A stretch of 64,000 bases of DNA from Octopus sinensis (taxonomy: Eukaryota), in assembly GCF_006345805.1 (NCBI RefSeq), contig NC_043001.1, forward strand, positions 3,224,001 to 3,288,000, given 5' to 3'. How positions within the stretch are numbered: the first letter of the stretch is position 1; the number at the start of each line of letters is the position of its first letter. The notes beneath the pieces are model-generated. The model did no database searches, was not told the DNA's origin, and was given only the letters and a program-made list of their open reading frames with translations. Positions 55,689-64,000 of this stretch are shown one piece after another. The position numbers and the translations under genes are program-made.

Positions 55689-56902
55689 CTAAGTAAACAG
55701 AAATACCAAATAAAATCAACATGTATCATCTTACTGCTTCTTTCGTCTCTTCATTGATGCATGTTTTTATTATTTTTTAAAATTTGTTGTATTAATATAT
55801 TTGATGGGGGTTAATTTATGTGTATTTCAGTATTATGTATACTTGTCATGTATTTGTGTACATCAAATATATAAGTGCATGTGTGTGTGTGCATGTGCGT
55901 GGGAAAATGGGGTATCTGTCTCCAAAACTTCAAAGTTCAGTAACGTTTTCATGCTTGGATTGGTTAACTACGTAAGAATAGCACTGGTCAACAAAGAATT
56001 TGTCCCAAGAAAAAAATACCTGTGTCTTATATGTTTTTGCATGCAGAATTCATGAATAATGTCAGATTATCTGTACTAAGTTCATATATTCCATTCACCT
56101 TCATAATGCCAAGAAACAATATAAACAGCGCAAACAACTTTTGCTATATATGAAAAATATGTATATAATATATATATATATATATATATAATACATTTTA
56201 TACTGTTCGTTTGCAGTTAGGATCAGAAACTGTACTGAATCCAGTGAACGATTATTATCATTTTATGAATGAATGAGTTATACATGAACTACTTCAAGTT
56301 TCATGCTCAGATAGTAATCTACACCAAGACCAGTCTCACAACCGTTCAGCCTCATTTATCATAAAATGGAAAATGCATAACTTCCACAAATAGGGCATAA
56401 TATCCTTTCTACTATAGACACACGGCCTGAAATTTTGAGGCAGGCGGTCAGTCGATAACATATACCCCAGTGGTACCCTAGTACTTACTTAATCGACCCC
56501 GTAAGGATGAAATGCAAAGGAGAAATTTGAACTCAGAACGTTAAAATGGAAGAAATACTGCTGAGCATTTCGCCTGGTGTGGTAATGGTTCTGCCAGGTA
56601 CCCAACTTACAAATTCTTCATAATTTAACTGTGATCAGCAGCTGTTTCATTAAGATAAACACAATGAAAGGCATAATTACATAATTGTGATGCAGAAGTA
56701 ATTCTAATGAAATCAAATCAATATAAGTTTACCCAAATCATCAGGAATGTTGTATAGTGTTAATCAGAAACAGATTACTAGTTTAAATACTTCGAGATAA
56801 AGAGAAAGCACAAGAGGAACAAGAAGACCAACATACAAAGAAAAAAAGAAAAAATTAAACGAAAGTAGAAGCAAATTCACAAATAGATATATATATACAC
56901 AT

Positions 56903-57300
56903 ATTCTTTTACTCTTTTATTTGTTTCAGTCATTTGACTGCGGCCATGCTGGAGCACTGCCTTTAGACGAGCAAATCGACCCCAGGACTTATTCTTTCTA
57001 AGCTTAATACTTATTCTACCGGTCTTTGGCTGAACCGCTAAGTTACGGGGACGTAAACACACCAGCATCGGTTGTCAATCGATGTTGTGGGGAACTAACA
57101 CAGATGCACAAAAAATATATATATATATGTACATATATACGATGGGCTTCTTTCAGTTTCCGTCTACCAAATCCACTCAAAAGGGTTTGGTCGGCACGCG
57201 ACTATAGTAGAAGATACTTGCCGAAGGTGCCGCGCTGTGGGATTGAACCCAGAACCATGTGGTTGGTTAGCAAGCTACTTTTCACACAACCACTCCTTCA
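56903..57300 (-). mobile_element. Full-length tRNA-derived SINE (same family as 10354 and 21046)
   Basis: Aligns by eye with 10354-10775 over its length. Confidence 0.9.
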
Positions 57301-57327
57301 CCTATACACACACACACACACACACAC

Positions 57328-57377
<50 letters not shown>

Positions 57378-57991
57378 AATATGTGCACATGTATTTAAAT
57401 ATATGTAACATACGTAGATGTGTAAGCAATTTCTTTAGTGATATTATTCCTATTTGATCCATACGATAAGAATCCAATATTAAACGGTTTCGTGAAGTGA
57501 TTTCATACATCGATCCGACTGACTTTCGTATTTTCATGATTTATTAACACTTTTAACTTGCATAATAAAATTACAGCAAACTTCCCCGTCAGAGAGCAGA
57601 TGAGAATTGCTTTAATAAATGGTGAAATTCTTAAAACTAAACATACCAGTCGAACCACATACGATGGATACAAGACATCTGTCTTTGATTAATGCAATTA
57701 AGTCAATGGCCAAATTGATTTCCATTCTACTTTTGGTTGACGTAAAGCATAAACTTCTGAATTATTTCATATGTAGGCAGTATGAATTAGAGCTCCGAGT
57801 GATTCGGGTTACCGTACTCCATCACTGATTTCTAATAGTTATATAATAAAATCAGATTTGTTTTATACGCAAGTGATAGAGATAATTAATTTTGTATGAT
57901 ATATTCTTTTATCAGTAATACAATGTAAGCAGCAAAATGTTAGATTATTTGGTATGCGCATGTGTGCATGAATATATATATATATATATAC

Positions 57992-58035
<44 letters not shown>

Positions 58036-58153
58036 GATATAGATATAGCAAACAGAGTAACATATATGCATTTATTTATATATGTATATATATATATACA
58101 TACATATATATATTTGTGTAAATATATATATACATACATATATATTGATGTAA

Positions 58154-58206
<53 letters not shown>

Positions 58207-58218
58207 AAGGAACTATAT

Positions 58219-58252
<34 letters not shown>

Positions 58253-58609
58253 AGGTAATGTGTATATATTATGCATATATATACATATATATATTTATGT
58301 AAATATATATATACATATATACATACATATATATATATAGATAGATAGATAAATAGATAGGCATGTGTGAGTATATATATATGCGTGTACAGACACATAT
58401 GTATATGTATATATATAGATATGGCATGATGTATTTTTCACCTCCTTTCTGAAGGTTTTCTTTTATTCTTTCTTCATTCTTTACCAAAAAACAAAGAAAA
58501 AAATAGAGAACAAATCACCAAACTAGTCCTATGGCAGTTGTTGCAGACAAAACCAGATATATTAAATTCCTCATCATATCCTTAGGTCATCATGTGATTC
58601 TTCCTCTTT

Positions 58610-58730
58610 TTCTTCTTCTTCTTCTTCTTCTTCTTCTTCTTCTTCTTCTTCTTCTTCTTCTTCTTCTTCTTCTTCTTCTTCTTCTTCTTCTTCTTCTTCT
58701 TCTTCTTCTTCTTCTTCTTCTTCTTCTTCT
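58610..58730. repeat. Pure (TTC)n microsatellite
   Basis: About 40 uninterrupted units. Confidence 0.95.
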
Positions 58731-58960
58731 CTTTCTACTTCGTCTTCTTTTTCTTCTTCCTTTGGCGTGTGTATTGCATTGTTAGCTATTGATAGATTTC
58801 TGAACTCTTACTTCGCTACAGGCCTGATCCGAACACACATGCTTCTCTTACAATGATCTCCACATCAAAAGGAAGTGCATCGTATTTGCTACTGAACTAT
58901 TATGTTTCTGCCGAGGAGAACCATCAATGAGGGAGGAGAGAAGGTCCATGATATATCCAT

Positions 58961-59012
<52 letters not shown>

Positions 59013-59026
59013 ATATATATATATAT

Positions 59027-59103
<77 letters not shown>

Positions 59104-59204
59104 TGTATATATATGTGTATATATATAAATATATGTATATATATATATTATATATATATATATCCCTATATATTTCCCCACACACATACGTTCATACATA
59201 CACA

Positions 59205-59311
<107 letters not shown>

Positions 59312-59439
59312 ATATGTGAATATGTATATATTTCGATTTTATTTTGGGTTTGCCAGATTATGTGAATTTGTGTCTTGAGACACATTTTGTTGTGTCGTGG
59401 GGGAGTCATTACACACATGTTCAATTCCACATTTTATCA

Positions 59440-61620
59440 TTATTCTTATTAGTGAATTGGTTAAATACCAATCTAACTAACCGAACGATCATTTGTTTCA
59501 CTTGGTAGCTCAACAGTCAATCGTTCTTTCTTTGTTCGTCAAACAATTTTCGTCGCCATTCGCAACCTTTTCAGCTCTTTCTCTCCCAATTCTCTACGGA
59601 GGTCGTCTTTGTTCGTCTTCGTGTGTAGGTGTGTGTAGTTTAGAAGAAATAAAAGTGAGGATGACTGACAGGTTTGTGTGTGTTTGTGCGCACGTGGATG
59701 CCTATGTGTGTGTCTGTGGTAGTGTGTATGTACGCCCGTGTATTACCTTTATGTGTGTTTCTCTGTTAGTGGGTGTGTGTGTATAAGACTTGACCGTTTT
59801 CAAGTTTCACCTTTTGTCTTTATAGTTTTGTTTTTGTCTTATGTTCTCTGTAAATTTATGGGTTATGCTGTGGGGTGTGTGGTGTGGTTAGGAGGAAGTG
59901 GTGGTGTTGGGTAGGAGTGTATGTGTGTGAAGACCCTGTTATGAGCCCACAAGTCAGCCTTTTTGTGGGGTCAATATTTCCAGCATCTATAGGCTATCTT
60001 ACTTCTTCCCGCGGATATTGTGACGCGCATTGAAATGTCCCCGGATATCTATGTGGTCACGGAAACCTCCTCCACAGGATCCGCGAATGTAACCCCACCA
60101 GCAACCTCGCAGGTTGTTTAGTAGGCAGTGTGGATGTGCTATCGCTCTAAACCTCTTTCGATATAGATTTTTTGCTGTGGAGAAATGCATTGAGGTAATC
60201 AGTGAAGTAAAGTTCCGCTAAGTTAACATGTGGGAAGTAGACCTTCGCCTAAAACCAACCTATGACCGTGACTACTTAGACAATCATGACCCAAGTAATT
60301 TCTGCCCCACCAGGCTTGAACGGGAAAGACCATCCACCACCACCACCACCACCACCACTTCGTCAGCGAAGAAGAGCACCACAGGATGCTGGAGGGGCTG
60401 GGCTATACTCACCCAGGACACAGAGAACAGCAATCAGGTGAAAAGGGCGATTGCATACGCTATAGGTGCTAGCATGAAAACCATCTTCAAGAATTACATA
60501 GTTAAGTTCGACATATTAAAGAAATTGTATTTGCAAGTTGAAGGTGCTGCTGTCGGTGACATTGTGACCGGCCTCATAATGGTGGAACAGACATTTCAGA
60601 CAATTCCTAGACGAACAATCTGTTGCATTATTACTATATGGCAGGTATGGATAACATATTAATAATCTGGTTAGGACAACTACATATGACCGAACCGAGA
60701 AAACCGAGAGGAGGACGATGGAGGACATCGAGTACTCAGCTAACTCCCTCCGACAAAGTATCAAGGTAACCATAGATTACCCCACTAGGCACCCTAACGA
60801 TACACACTCCATCCTTGAACTGAACATTTGTTTGAGACAATAAACAACAGTGTGCCGCTCCTCCACTCTTATGGCCTGAAACCTACAGTTTCTAAATACG
60901 TTATTCACAAAAAATCACTTTCGTCACACAATGTGAAAATTTACATACTAATAACAGACTTAGGATAATGAACAATGTGTCCTCCTTGTGCGAACCTTAT
61001 GTGACAAGGTGACAAGCATAGAAATTCATGCAGCGTATGTATTTCACTGGATACGACCAGAAAGAAATTAGATTACAACATAAGTAATGATGCCAGTGGA
61101 ACCCGTGCGAGATACCGATGTGAACATAGGAACAGTATAAAGTGGATTTGTGGCAAAGCAAACACAGAGAACACATGGTACAATGCTGATAAATATGAAG
61201 AAGTAATGGTTCTAGAGGGCAAAATGCATGGGGAATTAACCCGTAGGTTTAGGACCATTAGATCAAAGTTATATAGGACGTACACCTTCGAAAATACCAG
61301 ATGCACTGGTGTAAACTGTGGGGTGTTTACCTTTAACCACAGAATTAACTGTAAGGCTGCAAACGTAGTCTACAGCCTAAGCTGCATGGAAGGGGTTTGT
61401 AAGGATAGACTGCGGAGACCCCTAGGAGTATAGCGGAGAGGCTAAACGAACATTGGCGAGACTATAAGGACGGGAAAGAGTCGTCCATATTCTGTCAGTA
61501 GCAACAACGACCAACATCGCAGCGCTCAGAGCCATAAAGATACATTCTGAGTTAAAAACCAACGAAGCAAGGCCCCCTGCCACCTTGGTGGACTACCTTG
61601 GTGTCTTGATAAAAATACTA
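59440..61620 (+). mobile_element. Degraded Penelope-like element (RT and GIY-YIG)
   Basis: FKNYIVKFD..KKLYLQVEGAAVG (PLE RT Q..G.AMG); IKVTIDYP...SILELNI; FTFNHRINCKAANVVYSLSC (GIY-YIG). Confidence 0.75.
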
Positions 61621-61639
61621 GTTGGTTGTAACCTAAAAA

Positions 61640-61858
61640 ATACACGTCATTTGTGAGTGAAAATGCCAAGCAAAATAAATGACAATAATGGTGTGAACGG
61701 GACTGGAGCTAATGGTGAAGTTGCCACACCCGGCAGGTGCCCAGAAGTGTGGGCTCGGTCGTAATCTAGCAAATGATAGCCATGCTACAAGACATAGGTA
61801 GAGTAAGCAAGTAAACATAATAGTTATGGAGTGTTACTACCAGAGCATCCTAAGCTAC
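61640..61858 (+). mobile_element. 5' fragment of a Dong/R4 LINE
   Basis: Shares cacccggcagg and the ORF start layout with 37425-37620; encodes KQVNIIVMECYYQSI. Confidence 0.65.
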
Positions 61859-61859
<1 letters not shown>

Positions 61860-61924
<65 letters not shown>

Positions 61925-64000
61925 TAGTTTTATTTTTATTTTTATAGCGTGCTTTCACTTCACTACCAAGCGCAGCTCTGTGTGCCTTGGGTATGTGCTG
62001 TGATTTGTTGTGATGCTCTGATGGTTATTGTATGGAAAGGGTTCTGCGTAGGATGTGTGCAGTGCCTAGTAGTGCAATTTTCCGTATGTTATATGTGTTT
62101 GTAAGTCCTGGTGTTTTTGTTATGTATTTGTCTGAATATTTTTTTATCATGCCTAATGCACCTACTATGATTGGAATTGTTTCTGCTTTCAGATTCCACA
62201 TTCTAGTTACCTCTATTTCCAGGTCTTTGTATTTTGAGAGTTTCTCCATTTCTTTTAGAGACACGTTGTCATCTGCCGGTACTGATACATCAATTAGAAA
62301 GCATTTTTTTCTTCATGGTCTCTGACAACTATATCTGGTCTGTTGGCCTTAATTTCTCTATCTGTGTGTATCGGCATATCCCAGAGTATGGTTGCTTTCT
62401 CATTTTCTGTGACCTTTTCTGGTGTGTGCCTATACCATCTTTTTTCTGTTGTTATTCCATAATGTTGGCATAGCTTCCAATGTATGTAGGTTCCAACTCT
62501 GTCATGTCTGTGAATATATTCCTTCTTAGCCAGGACTGGGCAGCTAGAGATAATATGATTTATGTTTCTTGTCCATCTCCACATATTCTGCAGTTACTTG
62601 TAATATTTCTTTTCATTACATGTTTTTGGTAATTTCTGGTGGGGAGGCTTTTGTCTTGTGCTGCAATTAAAAATCCCTCTGTTTCTGCTTTGAGTCCTGA
62701 GCTTCTCAACCATTGCTGGGATTTTTCTTTGTCTATTTCTTTTGCGTTTAGTTTAGTGCAGTATTTACCATGAAGGGGCTTTTCTTGCCATCGTTTTATC
62801 ATGGTTCGTTGCTGTTCTATTTTTAGTTTGGATTTCATTTTTTTTATAGCTTTTGTTGTTTCTTCATCTTTTTCTTGTTCTTCTTCATGTTTATTAGGTG
62901 GTATGATTTCTTGTTTGTATTTGTCAGCTTCCTTAAATACTGAGAACAGTTTTTTGTTTTGCTCGTGTTTTGCCGCTATCTGAATCAGTTTTCTGAAGTA
63001 GATATTTTTGCAGTCCTATGGTGGTTATTTTATAGTAGTTTTCCAGCTGTATAAGGCCTCTACCACCTTCTATACGTTGTATATATAGTCTTTCTATGTC
63101 AGATTTTGGGTGATGCATCCTAGATCCTGTCATTATTTTTCTTGTTTTCCTGTCTATTTTGGTCAGTTCATTTCGTGTCCAGTTAAGGATATTGTAGCTG
63201 TAACTTATAACTGGGACAGCTAAAGTGTTGATACCTATTATCTTGTTTTTAGCATTGAGCTCTGTGTTTAGTATTGATCTAACTCGTCTATAATATTCTT
63301 TTTTATTATTTTTTTTATTTTCTCTTTCATTTGTGTGTGTTGTGTCTTATCTAGTTCATGGATTCCTAAGTATTTGTAAGTTTGGCTTTGGTCTAATTCT
63401 TTTATTTCATTTGCTTCACCTAGTGTGATGTTGTTACTCTTAACTAGTTTTCCTCTTTTCATGGTTACTTTGGCGCATTTTTCTAATCCAAATTTCATAT
63501 CTATTTCTTTGGTAAATCCATGAACTGTCTTTAATAGTGTTTCCAGCTGTTTGTCATTTGCAGCGTATAGTTTTAGGTCATCCATATATAAAAGGTGGCT
63601 GATCGTTTTGCCGTAACATTTATATCCGCATCCAGTTCTATTTAGCATATCAGATAGAGGTGACAATGCCAAGCAGAAAAGGAGTGGAGAGAGCGTATCT
63701 CCCTGGAATATTCCTCTTCTAATGGGGATGTCTTTGGTTTTCATGAGTCCCTCTTTTGTTTGGAGGTGTAGGACTGTTTGCCATTTATTCATAGAGTGCT
63801 CTATGAATTTTATGATTGTTGGTGCTACTTTGTTAATGGCTAGTGTTTCGAGGATCCATGTGTGGGGGATGCTATCAAACGCCTTTTTGTAGTCAAGTTT
63901 GGAGGTGTAGGACTGTTTGCCATTTATTCATAGAGTGCTCAATGAATTTTATGATTGTTGGTGCTACTTTGTTAATGGCTAGTGTTTCGAGGATCCATGT
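61860..64000 (-). mobile_element. Relatively young Dong/R4 LINE (RT, CCHC, RLE, 3' UTR, (AAT)n tail); runs off the window
   Basis: RGIFQGDTLSPLLFCL; LLYMDDLKLY; CRICG..ETxNHIISSC..LAKKEYIHRHD; NRPDIVV; KLSKYKDLEIEV; tail at 61860-61922. Confidence 0.95.

Noticed and set aside
57640-57830. Minus acceptor/donor pair (CTG|GTATGT) as upstream exon of the GPI candidate
   Set aside because: The best acceptor gives stops in all three frames; the alternative peptide is unconvincing.

Overview
Eukaryotic, AT-rich, repeat-dominated non-coding DNA. The SINE families and the (TA)n/(TG)n/(TAA)n density point to an octopod cephalopod (Octopus-like); this is from recalled repeat sequences, not a search. 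No complete host gene is visible, and most ORFs in the track are microsatellite artefacts. Recognisable content: LINE relics (CR1-like, RTE, Dong/R4, HERO-like, possibly L1/Tx1), Penelope-like (PLE) relics, two non-autonomous Helitrons, Tc1/mariner relics, a Tigger-type MITE and many tRNA-derived SINEs, often nested. Best leads: (1) a 370-bp fold-back element with 137-bp arms (one mismatch), each carrying a minimal hammerhead-ribozyme motif, intact in one arm and mutated in the other, plus four more hammerhead-like motifs and one atypical variant; (2) an RTE LINE flanked by a ~78-bp duplication inside a SINE, abutting a Helitron; (3) a candidate terminal exon (minus strand, 55537-55688) encoding a GPI-anchor-like C-terminus. 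I see no strong evidence for a wholly new system. Boundaries of degraded elements are approximate.
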